30,991 nt of DNA from Octopus sinensis. Taxonomy: Eukaryota. The stretch is from assembly GCF_006345805.1 (NCBI RefSeq), contig NW_021832449.1, positions 1 through 30,991 on the forward strand, given 5' to 3'. Made by a program: the position numbers and the translations under genes. Within the stretch, counting starts at the first letter, position 1. Each line of letters starts with the position of its first letter. The notes beneath the pieces are model-generated. The model made no database searches, had not been told where the DNA came from, and saw only the letters and a list, made by a program, of their open reading frames with translations. Below are positions 12,085-24,297 of this stretch, one piece after another.

Positions 12085-12215
12085 CATCATCATCATCATT
12101 ATTATTATTATTATTATTATATTATTATTATTATTATATTATTATTATTAATATTATCATTATATTATTATTATTATTAATTAGTATTGTTATTATTATT
12201 ATTAATATTATCATT

Positions 12216-12248
<33 letters not shown>

Positions 12249-12303
12249 ATTATTATTATTATTATTAGTATTAGTATTATTAATATTATTATTATTATAT
12301 TTG

Positions 12304-12340
<37 letters not shown>

Positions 12341-12350
12341 ATTATTATTA
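11941..12350. repeat. Interrupted (ATT)n array
   Basis: Visible. Confidence 0.97.
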
Positions 12351-12849
12351 ACTTTCGCTATATAAATAATATATGATTTAATTATAAAAACGGAAATGTT
12401 GCCGTTCTATACCTAAATCCCACACGGAGATTAACTATCATCGTATTATCTTTTGTTGTTATGTTTGATAGTTTTATTATTATTATTTTTTTTCGGGGGG
12501 GGTGAATTTTGAATGTACGAAATATATAAATTTGTTCACACCAGTTGGCTCCTAGGACGAAGAGAGTTGAAGATCTCGGGCCAAGAAAACAATCACACAA
12601 TCACACATAATTAAGCCTCCCCGTGTTCGTCCGGTCTGCAGGAAATAAGAGTTTAAGTCACACACAGCCAGCGTCAAGGGGCGGACACTGTGTGGTGAAG
12701 CTCGACTTTTAATATACTTCAGCAAAAAATGCGTATCGCTCATGTAGGGATAAACATAGTTGATGATAATAATTAAATTGTCTTACTCTAATTTATTAGT
12801 AATGACACGGCAAGCAATTGTACAGAATAACCAAAGAGGATTAGAAAGC

Positions 12850-12850
<1 letters not shown>

Positions 12851-12895
<45 letters not shown>

Positions 12896-12896
12896 T

Positions 12897-12937
<41 letters not shown>
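12851..12937. repeat. (AAT)n-(ACT)n microsatellite
   Basis: Visible. Confidence 0.97.
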
Positions 12938-12954
12938 TAAGGGACCTTTTGACT

Positions 12955-13000
12955 GATATGGCACTCTTCTATTTATTTGTATATAACCTCTGGATGAGTT
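12955..13000 (+). repeat. Unclassified interspersed repeat, copy 3
   Basis: GATATGGCACTCTTCTATTTATTTGTATATAACCTCTGGATGAGTT closely matches 4332-4377. Confidence 0.7.
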
Positions 13001-15299
13001 GTGGCACAGTTTCCAAGGGGGAAGAAGTCTGCAAAGTTTGGGAAACACTGTCATAGAATAATTTGCCCATTTTCTTTCGTTTTCCCGTTTATATTCACCC
13101 TTGCAATGTTTGCATCTAACTTCTCTTGTTATCTCTTGTACTAGCGTCCTGCCAACATGGTCGTAGCTAAAAGATTGAAATTAGTAACATAATAATAGAA
13201 TAGAATAGTCCGATTTTGCTTGGACTGTAGTCTCATGGTAATGCATGAAATTATGGTATCTCTTTTGCTTAATGAAAGTCTATCTAGTGCAGAAAACAAA
13301 AAAAATAAAAATAGAAACACTGCTGTAAGTCAAGATTTCGGCAGATATGTATAGGTAGTTAGGGAGGATTTTTGATTATCAGGATAATAGAAGCATCAAT
13401 GCTGATATACGACGCTGGATTGGCCTTGAAGAAATATTTAATAGGGGACATGAATGCAACCATCGATTTTTCTGTGGGTGGTTTGTAGTAAATGATTTTT
13501 AGAATGAGATAAAAATAACCCATGGGATATTCAGGATTGTGGTAGTTTATGGTTGGAAGGCTCAGAGTCATAGCATGAATGTGAAAATACAGGTAGATAT
13601 AAAATGAAATGGATATATCATGCGAGTTGATAATTAAAAGGAAATTTAAATTCCGCTAAATGCAGTCAAACAAACAACAAACCATTACCATAGACAGACA
13701 CGACAAACGAAAAGCGAAAATATGAGGTGAGAAGGGTGTCATCAAGATTAGCAAATCTAATGAAAAATTTAGATAGAAGTTACGCCAATATTCAATTTTA
13801 TACCGGTTAATACAAGACCCAGAGGGTGGAGAAAACTGGTGAAAAAATATCCAGCAATAGGCGGCTTTAGGAAAGAGTTGACTTGAAAGAATATCAAAAC
13901 TAGATACGTCAGGTGAGATTATGTAATATTTCCTAGAGCTATTTTTTATACTGTGTATAAATAACTGTGTTTGTTGACAGAGCTAAGTAGGGAAGGCAAA
14001 ATTTATTTGAAACTTTGTGGTTTATTTATTGGCGTTGAATGGACGAAAGAAGTCACATCATCTCCCAGTGGGTTTCGAACTCAAAAGCTATTTGGATGCA
14101 ACTTAATTTGAATTATTTATACATCTTGGCACCACTACCATTGCTACAATGTACAAAAATATTCGTACATACATGCATGCATACATATATATGTGTGTGC
14201 GTGTGTGTGCGTGTGTGTGTGTGTGCGTTTGGGTATGTATATGTGTATAAGTGTATATATGTATCTGGGTGTCCTTCTTCTAATGTATGGCGATACATCA
14301 AATGATGTGTGGCTTTCATTGAAAACCACTCAGATGATATATCTAGTATTTAAAAACCACTCTACATCAGACAAGTGCCATTAAATATATTAATAAGCAC
14401 TAAAAATGTGTGAAATTCAGATTATTCTATAGTTCTAAATCCCTGTGGTGTCATTTTCGCTTCAAGTACGAGAAATATTAAACTGCATTAAACAACACGC
14501 CTCAACAGATATTAGCAATGTGCTGAAATAAAATAGAATTGAAATAAAAACAAGTAATAGATTTTTCAGTTCTATAAATCACAACACTTATCAATATTGT
14601 TATCAATAGGAATCGGCCGACTACATCAATCCACAGAGTTTGATCAACCCAAAGTAGAAAGGAGAATATGATATATAGTTTTAATATTCTCAGTCGATGA
14701 AGGCTGTTATATAGAACAACAACGCCATTTTCGTAAATGTGTGAATCAAGGCGGCTTGTTTGAAATATATGCCGTCTATAAAACGATGTGTGAATTGAGC
14801 AGAAAGTTATGTTCAGCATAGAAAGAAAATATGTCTGACTGACATATCGTCTTAGCAACTGATTGATATGAGACGTTGACTCCTGACATGCAAAATAATT
14901 TATCATTTAGTTAGAGCATAAAAAAGAAAATAAGATTATCAGATTTTTGACTTAAAGTGATATTTCAAACTTTGTTGGCATTTAAAAGCCTGTTGCAGTA
15001 ACACATTCATGCACACGATCGGTTATTCCCACCGACAATCCCAGGCTACTCGGCTGTAAATATCTGTCCATGAATTGCGTAGTAAACATACATTGTGGTC
15101 AGAAACACAACCTAATTAATTAATAGACTTTTATTTTTTTTATATTAGTCCTCAAGTCGTAGTTTTTGTGTCATTTCCTGTAGAAGGCATCAACGCCATT
15201 TCTTTCTTTCTTTCTCATAAATTATTTAACCCCTTTTTCCATCAATAGAAGTCCAAGAGAGTCATCTATTGCTTCATGTCTTTTCTCAGTATTGATATT

Positions 15300-15441
15300 A
15301 CACGCACACACACACACACACACGTATATATATATATATAATATATATATATATATAATATATTATATATATATAATATATATATATATATATTTATGTA
15401 TATATATATATAATGTATATATATATGTATATATACATATA

Positions 15442-15476
<35 letters not shown>

Positions 15477-15590
15477 CTCTTACCCTCATCTCTGCTTCGT
15501 TACCTACTTAATTAAAGACATACCAGCGTAAACCACGAATTCCCAGTGTTATTATATACATTTTCTTCTCATATATATATATAATATATA

Positions 15591-15631
<41 letters not shown>

Positions 15632-15672
15632 TATATATATATATATATATACATACATCATACATACATACA

Positions 15673-15702
<30 letters not shown>
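15300..15702. repeat. (CA)/(AT)/(CT)/(TACA) microsatellite cluster
   Basis: Visible runs with a short unique spacer (~15480-15570). Confidence 0.9.
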
Positions 15703-15705
<3 letters not shown>

Positions 15706-16135
15706 GCATGTAAAACGATGACTACAGCATTAGTAATGCGTTCTTCGATAAACAAACGTGGAACGGCTCCGTGTTTCAAGTGCGTCCCCAATACCATTTC
15801 TACACACATATCTACAGGCCTCTCTCTACATTTTTTATTAGCTTCCGAGATAATGAGATTATTTAGAGGATATGATTAGTTTAGTTGAAGTGATAAAGAT
15901 GCTTAAACGGCGGTGTTGTGTTGAAAGTGTCTCCCTCACCTTAATGACACCGGTGACATAGCTTAAGGGTCGCTCCTCTAATTTAATCCATTCAGAAACG
16001 ACCTTCAATTATATTAGTTTGCTCCTTCCATTTACCGTAACCCATCGACCCAAAATACAGAAAAAAAACAGAAAAGAAAAAAACACCATCACTTTACACA
16101 ATAAGTATAACCAATCAACAACGGAGAATCTGTAG

Positions 16136-16300
16136 GGTCACTCGCCTTGGTAGAAATAGCAGCCGAATCCCCCTCAAATCAAGTGCTACATGGGATACTC
16201 GACACTGTAGTTCCAGATATGAAAACAACTTAAGGTGGACACGGATGGAAAGGCCTTTGATTATAAGTCTTCTGAATTATGCAGATCGATCAACGTTCAA
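16136..16300 (+). mobile_element. Possible old SINE 3' part (family F)
   Basis: GGTCACTCGCCTTGGTAGAAATAGCAGCCGAATCCCCC is weakly similar to the reverse complement of 4146-4185; family recalled, similarity low. Confidence 0.3.
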
Positions 16301-16591
16301 ACCACGTTACCTTGGTTCGTATTTCATTCTAATCGAATCAATAAAATTACAGCGTGGAGACAGCAATTCGAAAACTCACAAAGACTTAACTTCACTTAAA
16401 CATTTATTTGGTATTCATTTTTTTTTGTCACACCGATTTTCATCTGGTCCCTGACACATTTGCATTGTTGATAGAGCCACAGGTAATTCGACGAGAATTT
16501 TGGCACCAAATAATGAATGGTAAAGTGAAAGTTAACATTTGTGTGTGTGTGTTTTTGAATGGCTAATATTGTTCTTCCGTACTAAGACTGT

Positions 16592-16790
16592 AAGATGGCA
16601 GGTTCGTGTGCACGCCGGGTAAAAGCACCGAGTAGCATTTCGGCCACGTTTGAGTTCAAGTTTCTTGTATTTCATCCTTTCGAGCTCGATTGAATGAATA
16701 CCAGTTGAACACTGGGGATGATGTAACTGTCTTAGTCCCTCCCTCAAAATTGCTGGCCCCTGCCAAATTTTGTAATCAATATTTTTATTC
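16592..16790 (+). mobile_element. Diverged SINE family D
   Basis: GCACGCCGGG...TGAGTTCAAG...TTTCATCCTTTCGAGCTCGAT...ACCAGTTGAACACTGGGGATGATGTAACTG...CCCTCAAAATT; colinear with the 4629-4813 minus strand. Confidence 0.7.
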
Positions 16791-17084
16791 CATGTTATAT
16801 TTGTTTTAGTTTTAGTCTCAAAACACGGTTTCAGATCAAACCATTTGAGACAAGTACATCTGCGGAATCAATGAAGAATATCAATCGAATAAATTCGAAA
16901 TTTCTTTTGATCTGAATATTATTGTATCGGTGTATTTAATAGACCGCTTCGCTTGTACAGTATGGTCGAATATTTTCATGATGGAACATAAGTCTATTCT
17001 AAGCATATTGGCATGGACGTCGTTTTTCTTTTGCCCTTGTTTATAATTGTGTACATGTATGTATGCATATACGAATATTTTAGA

Positions 17085-17360
17085 AGTTCGCATTGCAACA
17101 ACGAGGTCATGGGTTCAATTTTACTACCTGACATCGTGGTCATATGATATTTTCAATAGCCTCGGGCTGCCTCATATCTTGAGGGAAAATGAACTGACGG
17201 AAACTGTAGAGAAGCACGCAGCAAGATTGTATTTATAATTCAGAATATAAAGTTTTGCCGCACATTGTTTCTCGCTGATTCTACCCGAGAATTTTAAGGA
17301 TAGATGTATCTGTGAAATAGTCGATTCAAGAGCAGATAATTCAGTTGACCGAACGAGTGA
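17085..17360 (+). mobile_element. Old SINE with A-like core and a different tail (family E)
   Basis: GGGTTCAATT...ATAGCCTCGGGC...GACGGAAACTGTAGAGAAGC resembles the A core; the tail (AAGG...TCAGTTGA.CGAA) resembles 30196-30308. Confidence 0.55.
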
Positions 17361-17417
17361 ATAGTTGCCGTGAATATCCCAGACCAGAATATCTATGACG
17401 ATATATTTGTCAGTTTG

Positions 17418-17730
17418 TGGGGGTTAGTGGCTTAGTGGTTAGGTATGTTGCTCTCAGAATCGTGAGATCGTGGTTTCGATTCTCTGACCGGTTGCGGGTT
17501 TTGTTCTCGGGTAAAACATTTCATTTCACATCGCTTTATTCCACTCGCCTGTAAATGGGTAACCTTATCTCGGAATAACCTTCCAGTCAGGGGGAATGTT
17601 GTCCTGCTCGCCTAACCAGCAGGGTGATATCATTCGAGACCTAAAGTGATGCAAAGCGCACTGAAACCGACGATGTATAACAACGTCCAATAATCGGGTC
17701 GATATCGCGATACCGTGACATTAGTCTATA
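17418..17730 (+). mobile_element. tRNA-derived SINE family B with tail Y
   Basis: A box TGGCTTAGTGG, B-box-like GGTTTCGATTC; tail CCTGCTCGCCTAACCAGCAGGGTG...GATGTATAACAAC shared with 25411-25530 and 20413-20445. Confidence 0.7.
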
Positions 17731-18226
17731 TACATTTGATATATTATTTACGTTTATTGCTAAGTCCAAATGCGTAAACTAAATTCAAAATTAACGCAAT
17801 GCCATTACAATTCAAAACAAATCTCGCAGCCTGATTACAGTTAATCTCCCTTCTTAATACCAGAGAATCGAATATTCTGAAAAACACATTAATAACTGCC
17901 ATGTATTGTGATTCTTTGGAGTAAAAGAGCGGACAGAACAAATACCTGAATGAATTTCTTTGCCGATTTGCTTTAAGTGACTTAATCCTAATTGTAAACT
18001 TTGTCCAGAGAAGAATATTTTAGTGGAACTAAACTTGTGCTAAAACCAAAGAAGAAGAATGGACCTTCTGCAGAGAATATTGTTTGAGAATAAATTCTGT
18101 ATAATAGAATTGTGAAGTGTTCGTATCATACTAATTTTTGATATAATATTTTACAATATTATATGGTAGATCAAAATACATGTGGCTTTTATATACAGCA
18201 CCCAGGCACACGTCATATGAGTGTGC

Positions 18227-18268
<42 letters not shown>

Positions 18269-18271
18269 TAT

Positions 18272-18473
18272 AGTTAATCCAAACATGAAAACACAAAGAG
18301 AAAAAACAACAACGCAGAACAAATATAGTATTATTGGACGCTCAGGAAGGAAGGGAAGAAGGAGGGTTTAACGTTTCGAGCGGAGCTCTTCGTCGGAAAC
18401 ACAGGAGAAGGAAAGATCCAGAGAAGGGAAGACAGAGGGAAAAAGATCGCCAACGGTACACATGCGGTCACAT
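18272..18473 (-). mobile_element. Probable Penelope-like element end fragment
   Basis: Pyrimidine-rich minus strand with hammerhead-like motif, then GAGCGT and TTTGTT blocks as in 23281-23455; AT-rich runs on both sides. Confidence 0.55.
18366..18400 (-). ncRNA. Minimal type I hammerhead-like motif (variant core)
   Basis: GTTT-CCGACGA-A-GAGC TCC GCTC-GAAAC-GT-T-AAAC: 4-bp stems I and II, loopless ACGT stem III; U4 to C change and one extra A. Confidence 0.5.
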
Positions 18474-19722
18474 TTTTAATCTATATATATACATATGTGG
18501 TGCTCAGACAGAGAACGCACACAAACTCACACTTACGCCCAAGCATATATACTCCTTCTCTAATGATACCAATTGATCGAACTTTATGCTAGAATTAAGC
18601 ACACACATGCAAAGTACAGTGCAGGGAAATTGAACCGGAAATATCTCGCTCACATATTTTTAAGACAGCAGTGTAGGATGTGAATGAGACTTGTCTCCTA
18701 ATTCAAGTCGATCGAGCTACTATGGAGAGACGTCATCAGCAACGCCCCTTCCCCAGCAGGTACTGTCAGGTGCTTTATTCGTTAATGTTATCATGTCGAA
18801 GATATTGTTCTAGTTTGATGTTATTTTAATGCCAATGGTCTTATTCTCTTTAAGATAATTCACTTCAGTGGAAGCCATATTTAATATCTCTCTCGGCGTT
18901 CAAAGCCATTTTTAGAATTACCTGCAACAATTCAGGTATTATGAAAGCAATCTACAATAAATACATTAACTGGACGAACGTTTGTCTAACGAGTTTATAT
19001 CTAACTTGGTTTAGAAATAAAAATATCCTAGTGGCCATATACCAAGAATCACCACTGGTCAAAGAGTTATATGCTTACAGTAAATATTTAATTGGTATAT
19101 ATGTAAGATTGAACGAAATAGAAAGGCGAGCAGCTGACCAACAGCATTCCTGGACCTGCAGGGTGTTGAGAATTACCCAGAAGCTGGTAACAGTTTCTCA
19201 CAGTCAATACCACACAGTTATTAAACTGTAGTTTATACTAGGGCAACGAGGCTAGCATTCTAAGATCGATTTTATAAGCATTAGCACATAATAAAAATGT
19301 AATACGATTTTCTGAAAGTTTATATGATTATATACTTAATTATAACAAGGAATTGGCAAAACGCTTCACCAAGCGCTGAAAAGAGACACCAATGGCGTTA
19401 AAAACCACCTTAAAATCTCCAAAAACACAGGTTGTAGCCGAGCCGAGCAAAAGAAAGATAATAAATCTAATTTTTGGTTAATCACGCGTAAGATCTCATT
19501 TCAAAGTATCTACTGCTATCATCAACGTCTTTATTCCGTTGAATAAATGTAAAAGTATCCACCGTTTATTTTCAGTACGTGGTGAGGCGTTTTGAAAATC
19601 CCTTGTTATAATTATGTATTAATTATTAACATAATATTTGAAAAAATTGCCTATAAGATTTTTATTTCCGTGCTAACCTCCTGATAAAATCACGAACGAT
19701 TTTATCTTTATTTTATAATTAA

Positions 19723-20223
19723 CTAGCAGTATCGCCCGGCGTTGCTCGGGTTTGTAAGGGAAATAACTATATAAGCATTTTTAGAGAGTTACTTCCCTTA
19801 TAAATTCGGGCTTTCTTAGCCATTTTTGTTTTGGTGTCTTCAAGCCATGAAGTCGTTGTTCTAAAAGAACGCTGGTTTCCTTCACAACGCATTACGACGT
19901 TGATTTCTTTACACTCCCTTCCCCACAGCTTCACGAGGGAGGGAAGGGGGAGAAGCAAACAGTGCAGCTGTGAGCGTGGACGCCAACTCCGCCGCCATCG
20001 ACACACGATGCATTTTTGCATTAAAATGGAAAAAAAATGATGTTAAATTATTTTTAAAATCGTAGACTCATCGTTGACGCGCGCTAATAGTCAGACGGGC
20101 TCGATATGAATCACGACTATAAGATACCCGAATTTGGTTAAACTGCACCGCAAAATGTGGGAGGAGTAGGAATCTAAATCGAAGGGACAGACACTCACAC
20201 AACTAGAGTTTTATATATATAGA
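19723..20223 (-). mobile_element. Non-autonomous Helitron, 501 bp
   Basis: Minus strand A|TCTATATATATAAAA start at 20223; hairpin CCCGAGCAACGCCGGG (19750-19735) before CTAG (19726-19723)|T. Confidence 0.87.
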
Positions 20224-20412
20224 TATATGAAAATTTTCACTCCGGATCAAAGTTGCATTCACTGAAGCATTATTTTGACATACAACACGTGGTTGAAAAG
20301 AACGAAATAAATTCTACTGTTACTGTATATTTTTGCAAGTGTGTAATACATATTGCCGTGCGACGGTTCAGCTCGTATGGGTATGTGTGGACACTTCTAC
20401 ATTTATACGGCG

Positions 20413-20636
20413 GAATGACGCCACCCCGCTGGCTAAGCGAGCAGGCCAACAGAAAGAGTGAGAGAAAGTTGTGGTGAAAGAGTACAGCAGGGATCGCCAC
20501 CAGCTCCTGCCGGAGACTCGTAGAGCTCTTAGGTGTTTTTGCTCAATAAACACTCACAACGCCCGCTCAAGAAATCGAAATCGCGATCCTACGACCGCGG
20601 GTCCGCTACCCTAACCACTGGGCCATTGAACCTCCA
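20413..20636 (-). mobile_element. tRNA-derived SINE family C, ending within tail Y
   Basis: Minus: TGGAGGTTCAATGGCCCAGTGGTTAGGG (A box)...GATTTCGATTTC...CCCTGCTGTACTCTTTCACCACAAC...GGCCTGCTCGCTTAGCCAGCGGGGTGGCGTCATTC. Confidence 0.85.
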
Positions 20637-20789
20637 TTTTATGTAATATACGAACCAATAATTACAAATCTATTTTGTGGAAGTCTAAACTATGCTTGAA
20701 TACCGACGGAACAAGTAAAAAAAAACATCAAGTATCTAATGAGAAAATATAGAAACGAATTAATGATAAAGATTTATGAGAATAAGAAT

Positions 20790-20911
20790 ATATGTATCTA
20801 TACTTATTTTTGTGAGTGTGTATATATGTATATATATATATGAGTATTCATATGTGTGTATTTATATGTATCTATATGTATATATATATATGTATTATTA
20901 TATATTGTATG

Positions 20912-20942
<31 letters not shown>

Positions 20943-20950
20943 CACATATA

Positions 20951-21010
<60 letters not shown>

Positions 21011-21262
21011 ATATATATATAATATAATGTATATATATTATATATATATATATAATATATATACAAATATAATACATATATGTATATCGAGTGAAATAGA
21101 TGGAGATAGAATAGATGTAGCTAGATAAAAAGATAATTTAAAGATAATTTTTCTTTTGAAACTGAATTCATTCTGTATATATATGTATATTATCAAGATT
21201 TAATTACCTTCATCTAAATATAATCAAAACTCTGTATTCACTTGAGTGTATATACATATATG

Positions 21263-21333
<71 letters not shown>

Positions 21334-21518
21334 ATATATACACGTATTTGAATACATATATGTCCGTTTATATGTGTATATGTATATATATAAGTATATA
21401 GGTATGTACGTATTTAAATACATACATATCGTGGTGAGTAATTACTGCTAAATACGTACATACATACATACATACATACACACATACATACCGACATATA
21501 TGTTTATGCATGTATATA

Positions 21519-21551
<33 letters not shown>

Positions 21552-21559
21552 ATATATTA

Positions 21560-21591
<32 letters not shown>

Positions 21592-21843
21592 CATTCGTAG
21601 GTACACATCAATGTTTACATCAGTGTTTATGTTTACAAACTTATAAAAAAGAGTTATTTATATCAAGTGTGTTTAGAGATTAGCAATCTCAGTACCCCAC
21701 TCTTTACCTCAGTTTCTCTGTTTCTCTCTCTCTCGCTCTCTTTCTTTCTCTATCTACATATTTATCTACATTTATATACTTCGTTGCATATGTATATCTA
21801 CATTCGTGATTATATATGTATGTGTGCGTGTATTTACATCATA

Positions 21844-21875
<32 letters not shown>

Positions 21876-21887
21876 GTATTTGTAGGT

Positions 21888-21933
<46 letters not shown>

Positions 21934-22028
21934 GTGTGTGTGTGTGTGTATGTGTGTTTGTGTGTATGTATGTATACATGTATATGTATGTGTGTTTTAC
22001 CTCTGGATATCCTTGTTGCTTATTTTGA

Positions 22029-22084
<56 letters not shown>

Positions 22085-22147
22085 AGTGTATATATATATA
22101 TATGTAAATATTACATAAACCCCCCCCACCACTCATATATATATATA
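20790..22147. repeat. Cluster of (AT)n/(TATG)n/(GT)n microsatellites with short spacers
   Basis: Visible runs at about 20790-21075, 21250-21590 and 21840-22147. Confidence 0.9.
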
Positions 22148-22207
22148 TAAAACATTATTGGTGAATTGAAGAAATGAGCTGAACGCAGATTGAACAGAAT
22201 ATCGTTT

Positions 22208-22297
22208 TATTTCATTCTACACGTGTTTCGAAAGGCACAAATACCAAAATCCGATTGAATATGGACCATATTGTGTCTTTCTCTTCAGGAAGAAAAA
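22208..22297 (-). ncRNA. Type I hammerhead ribozyme, intact core
   Basis: Minus strand TTC-CTGAAGA-GAAAGACACA...TGTGCCTTTC-GAAAC-ACGT-GTA-GAA; predicted cut between 22218 and 22217. Confidence 0.75.
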
Positions 22298-22422
22298 AGG
22301 AAATCCGTTGGAAACACAAAAACAGAACAGAGGCTGAGTTTCGCCATGGGCTCTTAGGAGCATAGTTCGATTTGTTTTTGCTCAGCCTCTGTTCTGTTTT
22401 TGTTGTTTCCAGCGGATTTCCT

Positions 22423-22512
22423 TTTTTCTTCCTGAAGAGAAAGACACATATGGTCCCATTATTCATCGGATTTGGTAATTTGTGCCTTTCGAAACACGTG
22501 TAGAATGAAATA
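22423..22512 (+). ncRNA. Type I hammerhead ribozyme, intact core
   Basis: CTGAAGA 22432-22438; stem II 22439-22448/22481-22490 (9 of 10 pairs, including G10.1-C11.1); GAAA 22491-22494; stem III AC-ACGT-GT; GTA, cut after 22502; stem I TTC/GAA. Confidence 0.75.
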
Positions 22513-23280
22513 AACGATTTCTGTTCAATCTGCGTTCAGCTCCATTTCTTCATTCACCAATAATGTTTTAAATTTCAATTATCCGCACCAACGCACGGTT
22601 GCAACGCCAGATGGTTGTACCTCCAACCGTGCTGTTTACTGCTGTGATTTTTGCTACTAAGGTATCGGTTAAACTTTTGATCAATCTACTACAAGATTAT
22701 CATCTTTCTATTTCACATAATATATATATATATTATATATATATATATATAATATATATATATATATTATATATATATATATATATATGAGTGGTGGGGG
22801 GTTTTATGTATATATTTACCTGATATATACACCTAAGTACGTACACTCGAGTGTTTACTCGCGTGCGTGTGAGTTCATGAACATGCATGCTGAAATGTGA
22901 ATATATGTATGCGCATGTGCGAGGATTTACGTACACCCTGTATTTATATTCACTAGCGTTGTCATCTATGATTGCGTATTTATGCATACGTATCTCTAAT
23001 TTTTCCTTTTTTGTTCATTTATATATTTAATAATTTATTTATTTACTTATTGAATGGCGTAACGCGAAAACGATTTGAAAATATATGCATTATCCGCGTG
23101 ACATTGTAATTGTTGCTTTAATTCGTTGCAGAACTATGTAGGGAAATTTTATTATCCCTTGATTTAAAACTGATTTGAGAAGCGCCAACGCACAAAACTC
23201 CCGGCGTTTGAGAAATCCTGTACTTCTGCCGACTGTTAATTAAAAACGTAAACATATTTACATACGTACAACATTCGCCA

Positions 23281-23455
23281 TGATAGATCGCTAGCCACTA
23301 CACATGCCCTATCTTCTCTCTTTGTCTCTTTCTGTGTTCCTTTCAGTGGAAGAGCGTAGGCTCGAAACGTGAAAACCTTTTTCAATTATCGAGCGTTATA
23401 CTAATACCTCTGTTTGTTGTCTACACCACATACCTTTTGTTTTTTGCGAATTCTC
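23281..23455 (+). mobile_element. Probable PLE end fragment with degenerate hammerhead (23341-23374)
   Basis: TTT-CAGTGGA-A-GAG CGTAGG CTC-GAAAC-GT-G-AAA: same layout as 18366-18400 but core and cleavage triplet mutated; followed by (AT)n. Confidence 0.5.
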
Positions 23456-23459
23456 ATCA

Positions 23460-23512
23460 TATAATTATATATATTATATGTGTATATTATCTATCTATCT
23501 ATCATCTATCTA

Positions 23513-23548
<36 letters not shown>

Positions 23549-23558
23549 GTATATATAT

Positions 23559-23592
<34 letters not shown>

Positions 23593-23730
23593 GTAATACT
23601 TAAATTATAGTATATATAAAGTATTACTTAAGCTTACGATGAAATGGTCTTTTTCATGCCGAATTCTACTTGGTGAAATTACTGATAACTTCTTAATTAA
23701 TTTTACCCTTTGTTATTATTATTATACATA

Positions 23731-23777
<47 letters not shown>

Positions 23778-23780
23778 ATA
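23460..23780. repeat. (TATC)/(AT)n microsatellites
   Basis: Visible runs at about 23460-23595 and 23725-23780. Confidence 0.9.
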
Positions 23781-24026
23781 CATGTTAGTAGGAAAGGCAA
23801 ACAATAATATACCAACCCTTTCCGTGTCTCCCTCATACATATATGTACGTTAATTTATATATAATAATACATAGGTATTTGAATTAATTTTTCACAATCC
23901 AACCGCCCTTTCACACGCAATTTCGTCTATCTTTAAACTCTGGCCCTGATGAAACTTATAACAGGGGAATAGTTTATATATCAATATCAATATCAATATA
24001 TATATATAATGTTCTTAAACAAGAAC

Positions 24027-24091
24027 ATTATTGACAGTGACTTCAAAGCCATCGTCGAAGTGGCCGAAACTTCGAAGTCACTGTCAATAAT
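24027..24091. other. Hairpin with perfect 18-bp arms
   Basis: ATTATTGACAGTGACTTC (24027-24044) / GAAGTCACTGTCAATAAT (24074-24091). Confidence 0.9.
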
Positions 24092-24210
24092 ATTCGTGAA
24101 TAAGAGAAATAAATTTGTACTCATCAAAAGTACTGAGTAACCCATCCGGTTAATGTAGCAAGCATTATACACATACAGACACACGCACGTATGCACACAC
24201 ACACATCATG

Positions 24211-24284
<74 letters not shown>

Positions 24285-24297
24285 TTATTAAAATAAG

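Larger units (their letters stand above)
22148..22570. mobile_element. 423-bp foldback element (two inverted ~190-bp arms, 42-bp spacer); probably inverted PLE ends
   Basis: 22148-22338 is the near reverse complement of 22381-22570 (TAAAACATTATTGGTGAA...GGCTGAG / CTCAGCC...TTCACCAATAATGTTTTA). Confidence 0.9.

Noticed and set aside
13359-13571. IIYYKPP resembling an APE endonuclease YRPP motif
   Set aside because: Single short motif with no other endonuclease motifs nearby.
14502-14906. 134-aa minus-strand ORF in unique sequence
   Set aside because: No recognisable motif; composition typical of AT-rich non-coding DNA. A BLASTX or RNA-seq check could overturn this.
17418-17490. tRNA genes at SINE heads (also 1560-1623, 20560-20636, 27727-27800)
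   Set aside because: A/B boxes present but no complete cloverleaf; each continues into a SINE body.
23946-23952. Isolated CTGANGA motifs (also 5749-5755 and 9717-9723) as hammerheads
   Set aside because: No correctly placed stem II, GAAA and NUH downstream.
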